This document shows, piece by piece, positions 48,093 to 58,381 of a stretch of DNA of 61,192 nucleotides (position 1 is the first letter of the stretch; the number at the start of each line of letters is the position of its first letter). The DNA is taken from positions 1 to 61,192 of the forward strand of contig CAZESS010000011.1 of assembly GCA_964514975.1 (NCBI GenBank), given 5' to 3'. This DNA comes from an uncultured Thermoplasmatales archaeon. GTDB taxonomy: Archaea > Thermoplasmatota > E2 > UBA202 > DSCA01. Made by a program: the position numbers and the translations under genes. The notes beneath the pieces are model-generated. The model was not told the DNA's origin. It saw nothing but the letters and a program-made list of their open reading frames with translations, and searched no databases.

Positions 48093-50972
48093 TTATTCCT
48101 TGTAGCGGAGCGCCTCGGCCGGCGGGATATGCGAGGCTTTCCATGACGCGGGGACGATGCTGAGCAGGGTGACAACCAGCGCAATTGCTGCGACGGCCAG
48201 GATGGGCTGCCAGTTGACCATGAATGCGAAGCCCTGGGGCTTGAAGCTGTCCCGCCACAGCGTGTAGCTGATGAAGATGCCCAGCAGGGTTCCGATGACG
48301 ATGCCCATCACGGCGACGAAGGAGGTCTCGACGGTGAACGATGCGAGGACGTCACGTTTTTTGAAGCCCAGTGCGCGCATCATGCCGATTTCCTGCCGTC
48401 GCTCGTGCACCGACCGGATGGTGATGATGCCCAGGCCGGCGATGCCGATGACCAGCCCGAGGGCCATGAACGCCTCGAACAGGTTGAAAAACTGGTTCAT
48501 CGCCTCCAGGATGTCAAGCACCATGTTTTTGACGTCCACGGTCTGCATGCCGTTCGTCAGGAACGCCTGCTCCAGATTTTTTGAAACCATGTCGGTGTCA
48601 ACGCCGTCGTTGACCCCGAACAAGAAAAAGGTCGGTGCCTGCAGACCGAAATCCCGCCGGGCATGCCCGGCCGATATGTAGATGCCCTGCACGATGGAGG
48701 TGTCCAGGATGCCGATGATTTTTTTCTCCACCGTCTCGTTATCCCTGTTTTTCATCGTTATCGTTCCCCCGAGCTCGACGGTGAGCGCTGACGGCGGCCC
48801 AAACTCGTTTCCCTGCACCGACCCGTCGATGACGGCCAGGCTGTCGTTGCTCATGACGGCCTCCCAGACCGCCGTTTCATCCGCATAATCGGGGATCATC
48901 TCCGCGAAGCCGAACTCGTTGTGCTGCACGAAGTCCTCGCTGACGCCCAGCAGCCGGTAACCCGTGGTGCCGGTGCCGCCAGCCCTCGTCGTGTTGATGG
49001 TTACCATGGCTGAGAGCATGGCCGCCGTTTTGTCTATCTCGTCGTCGAGGCCCCTCGCGGCGAGCGCTGCCTCGATGTCGGATATGGGCAGCTCCGGCAG
49101 CGTAAATGCCATAATGTCGTAGCCTCCGGCTGCCTCGTCGACCTGCCGCTCGATGTTGGTGCCCAGCATGCCCACGATCATGGACATCACCGTGATGGAA
49201 AAAATAATCAGCGCGAAGATAGCGATGGTCATGCCGGTGCGAAAGCGGGACCACAGCGAGTAGGAAATGGACGTCTTGAGGACGGCGGGCATCGACCGGA
49301 ACCGGCCGAACAGCGCCGTGAACATACCGGGGATGAGCCGGGCGTTGAACATCACGATGAACAGCGAGCCGACCACCAGGAAGAGGCCGGAGACGATGAA
49401 CATCTCGATGCCACCCCCGTAGTCGGGGAACCAGCTCCAGGGCAGAAACCACCAGATAAGGGTGGCAGCACCGGCCGCGGTGTAGGCAGCCCGGTCGCCT
49501 ATCCATCGGCGGGCAACGGTGGCAGCACCGATGAACAGCAGGGAAACACCAGAGAAAAAGAGCGCTGCCTGCTCCCCCGCCATGCCGGCTGCGACGGCCA
49601 GGCCGGCGCCGACGAGCAGCGCCATCCCGATATACAGCATCCGGCGGTCGCTCCGATGGATGGCCGGCTCCGGGATGTCCCGGACGGCGCGGACGATGTT
49701 CAGCCGGGAGATACGCCGCGCTGTTATGGTGATGGTGGCAAGGGTGATGAAAAAGCCGACGGTGAAGCCGAGCAGCAGGCTGGCCGGCGTGGCCGTGAAA
49801 TACTGCAGCATGTTGAAGGCGCCGAACTCCGCGAATATCGCGCTCATCGCCCACATGATGAGGTAGCCGGTGCCGATGCCAAACCCGACGCCGACCGCTG
49901 ATGCGACAAGCGCGTAGACCAGTCCCTCGGCCATGTACATCCGCTGGAGCTGGCCGCGCTGCATGCCGACGGCGCGGCTCATGCCCATCTCGGGCTTTCG
50001 CTCCTCCGCCAGCATGACGAATATGTTGACGATGAGGATGACGCCGGCGATGACGGAGAAGCTGCCGAAGACCAGGAACAGGTCGGTGAACTGCCGCATG
50101 CTTTGCCGTGACTCGTCGAGCAAATCTTGCTTTACCTCGGTGAGTTCAAAGGTCAGCTCCATATCGGATGAAAGCGAGCGGAGCACGGGCTTGAACGCCT
50201 GCTCGACCTCGCGGGTATACCGGATGCCCTCGTGGACGCCGCCCTCGTTTGACACCAGTATCTCGTTTATCTGTCCGGTCCGGTTGAGCAGCGATTGCAC
50301 CGTCTGCAGCGCCATGTATATGCCGCGGCCGCTGCCGGCCCGTCCCTCCTTTTGCAGGATGTGGGTGACGGTGAAAAACCGGGGGGTGGTGTTGGCGTAG
50401 ATGACGAGGCTGTCTCCCTTGCGGGCCTCGAGGTTGTCGGCGGTGTCCGCGGCCAGCAGGAGCTCGCCGGACTCGAGGCTCGTGATGGCTGTGCCGTTCC
50501 GTGTGACGAGCGAGCCGAACGGTCCCGCCGTGGCCATATCGACGCCGTGGAGGGTGACCCGGGTCTCCGAGAGATTGGTGTCCGTGTCCAGCACGGCGAC
50601 GGCATCCTGAATCGCCGGGGAAAGACCGTCGATGTGCTCGGTGCTGAGCTGCTGCTCCACCCGGGCGAATACTGACTGGTTGAAATAGGCACGTTCGCCG
50701 GTTGGCGTCACCGCGACGACCTGCATGTCGGTTGTATGGTACTGGTTCAGGATTTCCGAGGCGATCATGGTGTCCATGGTGTCGCCGACGGACAGCGAGG
50801 CCGTGATAACGGCGGTGCCGACCATCAGGCCGAAGACGATGATGAGCGCATAGCCCTTCCGGCGCATGATGTTCCGGATGCCCATTTTGAAGACGATGCG
50901 CTCCCGCAGCAGGAAAACGAGCGCCGAGATGAGCACCACGATGAACAGGCCGACGAGCACCTCTGTGAGCAT
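48093..50972 (-). CDS. ABC transporter permease, double FtsX/MacB-like
   Basis: ERKPEMGMSRAVG and ERRQEIGMMRALG; two large extracytoplasmic domains; start could be 50981. Confidence 0.9.
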   Translation of the reverse strand: MLTEVLVGLFIVVLISALVFLLRERIVFKMGIRNIMRRKGYALIIVFGLMVGTAVITASLSVGDTMDTMIASEILNQYHTTDMQVVAVTPTGERAYFNQSVFARVEQQLSTEHIDGLSPAIQDAVAVLDTDTNLSETRVTLHGVDMATAGPFGSLVTRNGTAITSLESGELLLAADTADNLEARKGDSLVIYANTTPRFFTVTHILQKEGRAGSGRGIYMALQTVQSLLNRTGQINEILVSNEGGVHEGIRYTREVEQAFKPVLRSLSSDMELTFELTEVKQDLLDESRQSMRQFTDLFLVFGSFSVIAGVILIVNIFVMLAEERKPEMGMSRAVGMQRGQLQRMYMAEGLVYALVASAVGVGFGIGTGYLIMWAMSAIFAEFGAFNMLQYFTATPASLLLGFTVGFFITLATITITARRISRLNIVRAVRDIPEPAIHRSDRRMLYIGMALLVGAGLAVAAGMAGEQAALFFSGVSLLFIGAATVARRWIGDRAAYTAAGAATLIWWFLPWSWFPDYGGGIEMFIVSGLFLVVGSLFIVMFNARLIPGMFTALFGRFRSMPAVLKTSISYSLWSRFRTGMTIAIFALIIFSITVMSMIVGMLGTNIERQVDEAAGGYDIMAFTLPELPISDIEAALAARGLDDEIDKTAAMLSAMVTINTTRAGGTGTTGYRLLGVSEDFVQHNEFGFAEMIPDYADETAVWEAVMSNDSLAVIDGSVQGNEFGPPSALTVELGGTITMKNRDNETVEKKIIGILDTSIVQGIYISAGHARRDFGLQAPTFFLFGVNDGVDTDMVSKNLEQAFLTNGMQTVDVKNMVLDILEAMNQFFNLFEAFMALGLVIGIAGLGIITIRSVHERRQEIGMMRALGFKKRDVLASFTVETSFVAVMGIVIGTLLGIFISYTLWRDSFKPQGFAFMVNWQPILAVAAIALVVTLLSIVPASWKASHIPPAEALRYKE

Positions 50973-50974
50973 CG

Positions 50975-51676
50975 TTACCACCGGGTTGGCGTGTATGCTT
51001 TGTCGATGACGCCGCTGCCCATTTTGAGGACGCGGTGGGCGCGCTCCCCGATTTTGTGGTCGTGGGTGACGATGACGAAGGTCTGCTCGTTTTCCTCGTT
51101 GAGCCGTTCGATGAGCGCCATGACCTGCATCGAGGTCTCACGGTCGAGGTCGCCGGTGAGCTCGTCGCCGAACACGATGAGCGGGTCGTTGGCCAGCGCC
51201 CGGGCGATGGTGACCCGCTGGCGCTGCCCCCCGGAGAGCTCCGCAGGGGTATGCTGTGCCCGGTCGGCCAGTTCGACGAGCTCGAGCATCTCCAATGCTT
51301 TTTTTCGTGCCTCCGATGGTGCTACGTCAGAGAGCAGCAGCGGCATTTCGACGTTTTCGACGGCGGTGAGCACGGGCAGCAGGTTGTAGAACTGGAAGAT
51401 GAAGCCGATGTGTCTGGCCCGGTATTTCGTTTTTTCGTTGTCGGACAGTGTTGAGATGTCGGTTCCCTCTATGGTGACGGTGCCCTCGGTGACGTCGTCG
51501 AGGCCCGACAGGCAGTTGAGCAGCGTGGTTTTCCCGCAGCCGGACGGTCCCATCAGGGAGACCATTTCGCCGCGCTGGATGCAGATGTCGACGCCACGGA
51601 GCGCGTGGACGCGGACGCTGCCCGTGTTATAGACTTTGTGGACGTTGCTCGCTTCAATGATGCAGTCGTTGTTCAT
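50975..51676 (-). CDS. ABC transporter ATP-binding protein (LolD/MacB-like)
   Basis: [28 protein letters not shown]. Confidence 0.95.
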   Translation of the reverse strand: MNNDCIIEASNVHKVYNTGSVRVHALRGVDICIQRGEMVSLMGPSGCGKTTLLNCLSGLDDVTEGTVTIEGTDISTLSDNEKTKYRARHIGFIFQFYNLLPVLTAVENVEMPLLLSDVAPSEARKKALEMLELVELADRAQHTPAELSGGQRQRVTIARALANDPLIVFGDELTGDLDRETSMQVMALIERLNEENEQTFVIVTHDHKIGERAHRVLKMGSGVIDKAYTPTRW

Positions 51677-51755
51677 TGTGTTCTCCTCACCACGTCAATA
51701 GATAGCACGATGAAGTGATAACGCTGAACCGTGGATGCTTTTAAAGCATTGCCCC

Positions 51756-51771
51756 TCCGTCTATAGACGGA
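51756..51771. promoter_or_regulatory. Perfect 16-bp palindrome in divergent promoter region
   Basis: TCCGTCTATAGACGGA, about 10 bp upstream of the minus-strand TATA (TTTAAAA, 51739-51745) of the ABC operon. Confidence 0.5.
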
Positions 51772-51830
51772 TGTATAGCATGGTATAGGCGGGGCGCAGG
51801 CGTTATATGCGGCCTGTGGATGCCCATTGT

Positions 51831-52793
51831 ATGCATGTGCTGGTCACCGGCGGCAGCGGCTTCATCGGCGGCTACCTGGTCGACGAGCTGCTTGAACACG
51901 GCCACCAGGTACGGGTTATCAGCCGGCATCCCGGGCGGCTGACCGATGGCGACGGCGGGCTCGAGATATACCACGGCGACATAACCAGACCGGAGACGTT
52001 GCAGGGAACGATGGAGGACATCGACCTGGTGTTTCACAACGCCGCCCTCGCCGCCGATTTTGGCCCGGCGGAGCGGTTCCGGCAGGTCAACGTGGCGGGA
52101 ACGGAACACGTCCTCGATGTCTGCCGCAGCGCCGGGGTGCCGCACCTGGTCTACACGAGCTCCGCCGGCGTGTACGGCTTTCCCGACTCCATGGCGCCGA
52201 TTACGGAGGACAACGAACCACGGCCGATGAACGCGTATCAGCGTTCGAAGCTGCAGGCGGAGCGGCTCGTGTTGCGGCAGCGCGATGTCGAGGGGGTTGC
52301 TGTCCGGCCGCCGCTGGTACTCGGCGCCGGTTCACCGGCGGCACGACTGCTTCTGTCGCGGCTAGAGCGTGGTGACATGCCGTTTTTTGGCTCCGGCGAG
52401 AGCCTGGTTTCGCTGGTGCATCCCCGAGATGTCGCGCGCTGTATCCGCCTGGCTGCGGCGCATGGCACCGCGGGCGAGGCGTACAACGTGGTGAGCTTTG
52501 CCTGTCCTGTCCGCCGGTTGTTTGCGGAGCTTGCCGCTCGCCTTGGGGTGCAGCCGCCGCAGCGGCATGTGCCATATGTGCTTGTGTATGCGGCTGCTGT
52601 CGCTGCCGAATGGATGGCGCAACTCCGCGGCAATGAGCCATTGCTGACCCGTTTTCGGGTGATGCAATTTGGGACGAGCCGGGACATCCGCTGTGACAGG
52701 GCGCAGCGGGATCTGGGGTTTACGCCGGCCTGGGATCTGGCAGCGATGGCCGATGACGTGGTTGCGTGGTACCGGGACGAGGGCGGGCTGTGA
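51831..52793 (+). CDS. NAD-dependent epimerase / 3-beta-HSD-like extended SDR
   Basis: VLVTGGSGFIG, HNAA, NVAGT, TSS, YQRSK. Confidence 0.9.
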   Translation: MHVLVTGGSGFIGGYLVDELLEHGHQVRVISRHPGRLTDGDGGLEIYHGDITRPETLQGTMEDIDLVFHNAALAADFGPAERFRQVNVAGTEHVLDVCRSAGVPHLVYTSSAGVYGFPDSMAPITEDNEPRPMNAYQRSKLQAERLVLRQRDVEGVAVRPPLVLGAGSPAARLLLSRLERGDMPFFGSGESLVSLVHPRDVARCIRLAAAHGTAGEAYNVVSFACPVRRLFAELAARLGVQPPQRHVPYVLVYAAAVAAEWMAQLRGNEPLLTRFRVMQFGTSRDIRCDRAQRDLGFTPAWDLAAMADDVVAWYRDEGGL

Positions 52794-52844
52794 ACCGCAA
52801 CAGCCATCAAAAACATTAAATACTACCTTGTATTATGTTTTTTG

Positions 52845-52876
52845 TTGTAAACGTTACAAAAAAGTATCGTTTACAG
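52845..52876. promoter_or_regulatory. Putative PerR/Fur operator over the transcription start
   Basis: TTGTAA-ACG-TTACAA (52845-52859) plus inverted degenerate copy AAGTATCGTTTACAG (52862-52876), downstream of TATA TTAAATA (52816-52822). Confidence 0.65.
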
Positions 52877-52888
52877 CAGGTGGCGCGT

Positions 52889-53311
52889 ATGGATAAATAC
52901 GTCTCGATACTCAGGGACCAAAATATCACGGTGACTCCCCAGCGGATAGCCGTGCTTCGCTATCTAGACCATCATCGCACACATCCAGATGCAGATACCA
53001 TTTACGAGGAGCTCAAGCAGGACAACCCATCGCTCTCGAAGACGACCATCTACAACACGCTCGACATGCTCAGACAGCACGACCTCGTCAAGGTGCTCAC
53101 CATCGGCACGAAGTTCCGTTACGACTTCAACCTGCTCCCCCACCACCACTTCCGCTGCCGACGATGCAGCACCATCATCGACATCCCCCAGGGAAATGCC
53201 CCCCTGGACTGCATGGACACCGACGGCCACCGCATCGACGAGGTCCACGTCTATCTCAAGGGCATCTGCAAAACATGCCTGCACAAAGAAAAGGAGGAAA
53301 ACAATGGATAA
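52889..53311 (+). CDS. perR: Fur-family regulator, PerR-like
   Basis: [29 protein letters not shown]; heads an oxidative-stress operon. Confidence 0.85.
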   Translation: MDKYVSILRDQNITVTPQRIAVLRYLDHHRTHPDADTIYEELKQDNPSLSKTTIYNTLDMLRQHDLVKVLTIGTKFRYDFNLLPHHHFRCRRCSTIIDIPQGNAPLDCMDTDGHRIDEVHVYLKGICKTCLHKEKEENNG

Positions 53312-53465
53312 ATATGTATGCACGGTCTGCGGCTACGTCTACGACCCCGAAGAAGGAGACCCCGACGGCGGCATCAAGCCCGGAACGCCGTTCGAGGAGA
53401 TACCGGACGACTGGGTCTGCCCGGTCTGCGGCGCAGCCAAGGACGCATTCGAACCAGTGGAGTAA
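53304..53465 (+). CDS. Rubredoxin
   Basis: [20 protein letters not shown]...WVCPVCGA; SD GGAGG. Confidence 0.97.
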   Translation: MDKYVCTVCGYVYDPEEGDPDGGIKPGTPFEEIPDDWVCPVCGAAKDAFEPVE

Positions 53466-53468
53466 ACC

Positions 53469-54656
53469 ATGCACCTGCAACCAATCGACACGGATATATA
53501 TGCAGCGGTAGCCCGGCACTGGGACCGCGAGCTCTTCGACGAGCTCATCCCGCTGCCCGACGGCACCAGCTACAACGCCTACCTCATAGAGGGCAGCGAG
53601 GCAACCGCGCTCATCGACACCGTCGACCCCGCCAAGCAGGACGAGCTGCTCCAGATGCTCGACGAATATGAGGGTGACATCGACATCATCGTAGCCAACC
53701 ATGCGGAGCAGGACCACGCCGGGAGCATCCCGGCAGTGCTCGACCGCTACCCGGATGCGACGGTGCGCTGCGCCACCAAGTGCAGAGACATGCTCATCGA
53801 CCATCTGCATATCAACGGCGAGCGCATCCAGGCCGTCAAGGACGACGACACGCTGTCCCTGGGCGACAAGACGCTCCGGTTCATCGAAACCCCATGGGTT
53901 CACTGGCCGGAGACCATGAGCACATATCTGGAAGAGCGGCGCATCCTGTTCCCCTGCGACTTCTTCGGCTCCCACCTGGCGACCAGCAGCCTCTACGTGG
54001 AGGACGAAGCCAGGGTGTACGAGGCGGCGAAGCGCTACTACGCCGAGATCATGATGCCGTTCCGCAAGCCGATCAGAAAAAACCTGGACAGGCTGGCATC
54101 GCTCGACATCGACATGGTCGCGCCGAGCCACGGGCCCATCTATCGCCACCCCGATTTCATCATGGATGCCTACCGGGACTGGGCGGGCGACGCCGTCGCC
54201 AACGAGGTCGTGCTGCCCTATGTGTCGATGCACGGGAGCACACGGGCGATGGTGGACCATTTCATCGATGCGCTCATCGAGCGGGGCGTCACGGTCAAGC
54301 CGTTCAATCTTACCACCACCGATGTGGGGCAGCTCGCCGTGGCGCTCGTCGACGCCGCCACACTGGTCATTGCCACGCCGACGGTGCTCGGGGGGCCGCA
54401 TCCCGCTGCCGTGTATGCCGCCTATCTGGCGAATGCTCTTCGCCCCAAAACGCGTTTCGCGGGCATCATGGGGTCCTATGGATGGGGCGGCCGGATGGAG
54501 AACAAGGTCAAGGAGCTCATCGGCAATCTCAACGTGGAGGTGCTTGACCCGGTTATAATAAAGGGACATCCACGTGAAAGTGATTATAAATCGATATATG
54601 CACTAGCTGACGAAATACTTAAAAAACATGAACAGATAGAACTCAAGGAGGTATAA
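53469..54656 (+). CDS. fprA: Flavodiiron protein (FprA)
   Basis: GTSYNAYL, HAEQDH, HWPET, DFFGSH, PSHG, flavodoxin SMHGST, GSYGW. Confidence 0.95.
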   Translation: MHLQPIDTDIYAAVARHWDRELFDELIPLPDGTSYNAYLIEGSEATALIDTVDPAKQDELLQMLDEYEGDIDIIVANHAEQDHAGSIPAVLDRYPDATVRCATKCRDMLIDHLHINGERIQAVKDDDTLSLGDKTLRFIETPWVHWPETMSTYLEERRILFPCDFFGSHLATSSLYVEDEARVYEAAKRYYAEIMMPFRKPIRKNLDRLASLDIDMVAPSHGPIYRHPDFIMDAYRDWAGDAVANEVVLPYVSMHGSTRAMVDHFIDALIERGVTVKPFNLTTTDVGQLAVALVDAATLVIATPTVLGGPHPAAVYAAYLANALRPKTRFAGIMGSYGWGGRMENKVKELIGNLNVEVLDPVIIKGHPRESDYKSIYALADEILKKHEQIELKEV

Positions 54657-54659
54657 AAA

Positions 54660-55049
54660 ATGGAAGCATTTGAAGACCTGCTGCAAAAAGCAGACTGGAA
54701 AAAAGAGAAACATGTACCAGCCATCGCGGTACTCAAAGCGACGGACGACAACGTACGCGTTGAGGCAAGCGTGGGCAAGGAAATCGGACATCCCAACACC
54801 ACGGCGCACCACATCGAATGGGTCGAGGTCTACTTCAAGCCCGACGGCGAACAGTTCCCCTACCTGGTGGGACGCTACGATTTCGCCGCCCATGGTGCCT
54901 CGACCGACGGCGCAGACACCAGCACCGTGTACACCACGCCGGAGGTAACGACGACGTTCAAAACCGAGAAATCCGGCGTCATATACGCCAAGTCGTACTG
55001 CAACATCCACGGCCTCTGGGTCAACAGTGAAGAAATCACGCTCAAATGA
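54660..55049 (+). CDS. sor: Superoxide reductase (neelaredoxin / class II SOR)
   Basis: EKHVP, HPNT..HHIEW, YCNIHGLW. Confidence 0.93.
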   Translation: MEAFEDLLQKADWKKEKHVPAIAVLKATDDNVRVEASVGKEIGHPNTTAHHIEWVEVYFKPDGEQFPYLVGRYDFAAHGASTDGADTSTVYTTPEVTTTFKTEKSGVIYAKSYCNIHGLWVNSEEITLK

Positions 55050-55060
55050 GGTGAAAAAAT

Positions 55061-55546
55061 ATGGGAACAATTGGAAGAGAAATGGTCGACATGGACGTCG
55101 ACGAGCTGCTGGCGCTGCTCAACAGGGCCTTCGCAGACGAATGGCTGGCCTACTACCAGTACTGGATCGGCGCCCAGGTGCTCGAGGGACAGATGCACGG
55201 CGAAGCAGAAGCGGAGCTGCTCGAGCATGCGAACGACGAGCTCAGGCATGCGCAGATGCTGGCCGATCGGATCATCCAGCTGGACGGCACCCCGGTGCTG
55301 ACGCCGGAGGACTGGTACGAGCACACCAACTGTGGCTACGAGGCACCCGATGACCCGTCGGTCAAGACGATCATTCATCAGAACATCGAGGGTGAACAGT
55401 GCGCCATCAAGGTCTACCGGAAGCTGGCGGACATGACCAGGGACACGGACCCGGTGACCTACGAAATCGTGCTCGAAATCATGCGCGATGAGATTGAACA
55501 CGAGGATGACCTCGAGGGCATCCTCGACGACATGAAACACATGTGA
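55061..55546 (+). CDS. Dps-like (DPSL) ferritin-superfamily protein
   Basis: ADEWLAYYQYW, DELRHA, NCGY and EQCAI cysteine pair, DEIEHE. Confidence 0.85.
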   Translation: MGTIGREMVDMDVDELLALLNRAFADEWLAYYQYWIGAQVLEGQMHGEAEAELLEHANDELRHAQMLADRIIQLDGTPVLTPEDWYEHTNCGYEAPDDPSVKTIIHQNIEGEQCAIKVYRKLADMTRDTDPVTYEIVLEIMRDEIEHEDDLEGILDDMKHM

Positions 55547-55557
55547 GGTGAAAAAAA

Positions 55558-56223
55558 ATGGAAGACAAAGAAAAAGGTATGCCCCTCATCGGGGACCGGT
55601 TTCCGGACATGACCGTACAGACCACCCATGGCGAGCTAAAGCTGCCCGACGCGTTCAAGGGAAAATGGTTCATCCTGTTCTCCCACCCCGGCGACTTCAC
55701 GCCCGTCTGCACAACCGAGTTCTACGCGTTTCAGAAGCGCTTCGAGGAGTTCCAGTCGCTCAACACAGAGCTCATCGGCCTGAGCATCGACCAGGTGTTC
55801 AGCCATCTGAAATGGACGGAATGGATCGAAGACAAGCTCGGCGAAAAAATCGAGTTCCCGATCATCGCCGACGGCACCGGCAAAGTCGCCAACACGCTCG
55901 GGCTCATCCATAGCGCCGGCGGCACCGCAACGGTCAGAGCCGTATTCATCGTCGACCCCAAGGCGACCATACGCGCTATCCTGTACTACCCGGCCGAGCT
56001 GGGCCGCAACATGGACGAGTTCATCCGGATGATCAGGGGCTTCCAGAAAGCCGACGAGGACGGCGTTGCCATCCCCGCAAACTGGCCTGAGAACGAACTG
56101 GTGCGCGACCACGTCATCGTCCCCCCGGCGAGCAGCGAACAGGAAATCGAGGAACGCAAAAAACTGCAGGATAAGGGCAAAATCGAATGCTTCGACTGGT
56201 GGCTCTGCCACCGGAAACCCTGA
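55558..56223 (+). CDS. Peroxiredoxin (Prx6/archaeal type)
   Basis: [25 protein letters not shown]. Confidence 0.95.
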   Translation: MEDKEKGMPLIGDRFPDMTVQTTHGELKLPDAFKGKWFILFSHPGDFTPVCTTEFYAFQKRFEEFQSLNTELIGLSIDQVFSHLKWTEWIEDKLGEKIEFPIIADGTGKVANTLGLIHSAGGTATVRAVFIVDPKATIRAILYYPAELGRNMDEFIRMIRGFQKADEDGVAIPANWPENELVRDHVIVPPASSEQEIEERKKLQDKGKIECFDWWLCHRKP

Positions 56224-56255
56224 GCCTGCCAGGTAACATATAAAGGAGAGAAACC

Positions 56256-56777
56256 ATGTTAAAACAAAAAATACAGGACGCGATAAACAAGCAGATAAAC
56301 GAGGAGCTCTACTCTGCCTACATCTACCTCTCGATGTCCGGGTACTTCGAGGACGAGGACCTGCCGGGCTTCGCCCGGTGGATGTACGCCCAGTACCAGG
56401 AGGAGATAGAGCACACAATGCGCTTCTACCGCTACCTGCACGACCGTGACGGCCGGCTGCACCTCCAGGCAATCAAGGAGCCACCCAAGGAGTGGGACAG
56501 CCCGCTCGACGCCTTCGAGACGGCGCTGGAACACGAGCAGTACATCACCGGCTGCATCGACGAACTGGTCGACCTCGCAGAGAGCGAACAGGACCGGGCG
56601 ACGTTCAACATGCTGCAGTGGTACGTCGACGAGCAGGTGGAGGAGGAAGCCAGCGTCGGAGAAATCGTCGCGAAGCTGGAACGGGTCGGCGACAGCGGCA
56701 ACGGCCTCCTGATGCTCGACCGCGAGCTCGGGCAGCGACAGGCACCCGGCACCGGCGAAGAAGAACCAGCGGAGTAA
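56256..56777 (+). CDS. ftnA: Ferritin (non-heme, FtnA-like)
   Basis: QINEELYSAYIY, EEIEH, HEQ, WYVDEQVEEE. Confidence 0.95.
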   Translation: MLKQKIQDAINKQINEELYSAYIYLSMSGYFEDEDLPGFARWMYAQYQEEIEHTMRFYRYLHDRDGRLHLQAIKEPPKEWDSPLDAFETALEHEQYITGCIDELVDLAESEQDRATFNMLQWYVDEQVEEEASVGEIVAKLERVGDSGNGLLMLDRELGQRQAPGTGEEEPAE

Positions 56778-56881
56778 CACCCCTCTCTTTTTCCCTTTTT
56801 TTAATTCTTTTAGCTCTTGTTAAATCTCACTCGTTCTTTTCTTACTGTTTGTCACCATACCGGTCATCGAAGAGGAGCCGG

Positions 56882-56992
56882 GGTGATGTAGAATAATCAG
56901 TAAAAGTATAGGAAGTGCCTATACAATTGAGATGAAACAACTATTCGTAACCTTGGGAAAATCTATCCATTAACCAGCCATTCTACATCCCC
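56882..56992. mobile_element. MITE (111 bp) with imperfect TIRs and 9-bp target-site duplication
   Basis: AGGAGCCGG at 56873-56881 and 56993-57001; ends GGTGATGTAGAAT / ATTCTACATCCCC (12 of 13 match; 21 of 30 over 30 bp); AT-rich non-coding interior. Confidence 0.85.
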
Positions 56993-57041
56993 AGGAGCCG
57001 GCTTGCCAGGGTTTTTATATCAGGGTGTATGTTGTGCTGGT

Positions 57042-57356
57042 ATGGAAACGTCAGTGGGCGACGATGCGCGGGAGAAAAAAAAGAGCTTGCAGGACTATAT
57101 GGATGCGGCTCGCAGGGATGAACTGGACAAAGCGGGCCCGTTGCTCTCCGATCGCAAGATGATGGGGCTGAGCCGGGAGGCCGCCCGCGAGGCTATCGGC
57201 CGGGGGCCGCCATCAGGCGAAGATGTCCTGGAACGCAGGCTCGGGCAGCGGCTCGACCGGCACAAGGAAAAGCTCAAAGAGCTCTCCCGCCAGGCCACCG
57301 GGAAACAGATGGCCGGCCTCGAAGAAACACCCGAAGAACGGGCGGACGACATCTAG
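57042..57356 (+). CDS. Small charged hypothetical protein
   Basis: TATA TTTATAT about 25 nt upstream of METSV; helical charged composition. Confidence 0.6.
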   Translation: METSVGDDAREKKKSLQDYMDAARRDELDKAGPLLSDRKMMGLSREAAREAIGRGPPSGEDVLERRLGQRLDRHKEKLKELSRQATGKQMAGLEETPEERADDI

Positions 57357-57379
57357 ATACCACGACTTTTTTGCATTCC

Positions 57380-58306
57380 TCAGCCGAGCAGGTCGGTGGT
57401 GAACATCCCCGTCAGGTGGACGGGTTCGGCGGTGTGCCGCTGCCCGTTTAACGTAAACGTGGCACTGCCGCCTATCCCGTATCTGGTTATCTCGTTGTTC
57501 CGGACATGTATGGTGAACCAGTCGATGAGGTCGCTGTTGTCGATGACGGTGTCGACGGCAACCGGCGTTATCCTTCGGGGCGGCAACGGGATGCTGGAGC
57601 CGAGCGAGCCGGAGCCGACGGTGACCCCGTTCATCGTGAAATAGTAGGTGAACGTGTTGACGGCGACGGTGCTGCCATGTGGATTGTACAGGTCGACGGT
57701 GGCGTTGATAACAGTTGCCCCGTCGGTGATGGTGCCCCATCGCGCTGCAAAGTCGGTGGCGACGAGCAGCCAGCGGTCCTGTCCATTGATGGAGACGGTG
57801 ATGTTTCTGGGCTCGCTGAGGTGGAGCATGGAGAGCAGGTCGGTGTCGATGGTGTCATATGTCTTGCGGCTGGTGTATGAGCGATGGAGCGGCCCGATAC
57901 CTGCCCGTACGGTGTACACGAGTTCTATCCGGGTTGTCTCATCGCGGGCGATATGGGATGACCACCACCGGGGAATCCTGCTCATGTTGAGGCCGGTGAC
58001 ATAGTCAAGGTCGGTGGTACCATCCTTCAGGGTAACGTCGGTGTCATATCCCCCGGCCATGGTGACGTTGTTCAGCAGGATGCTATACCGGAGCGATGAA
58101 ATCGTGACAGGGAAGGGATTCGGGTTTTCAATGGTGACCGATGTCACCAGCCGCATTTCATTTGAGGACACGTCTCCCCATCTGTTTTCGATGGATGCCA
58201 CGTATGGTGCACCGAACCAGCCGGCCAGGTAGCCCACGGCGACGACGGTGGCGATAACGGCTGCGGCTGCTGCAATGGCCACTATAGCTTTTTTCCATGG
58301 CTCCAT
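57380..58306 (-). CDS. LEA type 2 / WHy double-domain membrane-anchored protein
   Basis: N-terminal TM; IENPNPFPVTI, IPRWWSSHI..DETT, LYNPH, WFTIHVRNNEIT. Confidence 0.85.
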   Translation of the reverse strand: MEPWKKAIVAIAAAAAVIATVVAVGYLAGWFGAPYVASIENRWGDVSSNEMRLVTSVTIENPNPFPVTISSLRYSILLNNVTMAGGYDTDVTLKDGTTDLDYVTGLNMSRIPRWWSSHIARDETTRIELVYTVRAGIGPLHRSYTSRKTYDTIDTDLLSMLHLSEPRNITVSINGQDRWLLVATDFAARWGTITDGATVINATVDLYNPHGSTVAVNTFTYYFTMNGVTVGSGSLGSSIPLPPRRITPVAVDTVIDNSDLIDWFTIHVRNNEITRYGIGGSATFTLNGQRHTAEPVHLTGMFTTDLLG

Positions 58307-58381
58307 CGTGTTCCTCCCACCCTGCTATCAGGTGCCGGTTTTTGAACGTTTGGCCTTCGGCCGCCCAACCGAAGCGCGATA

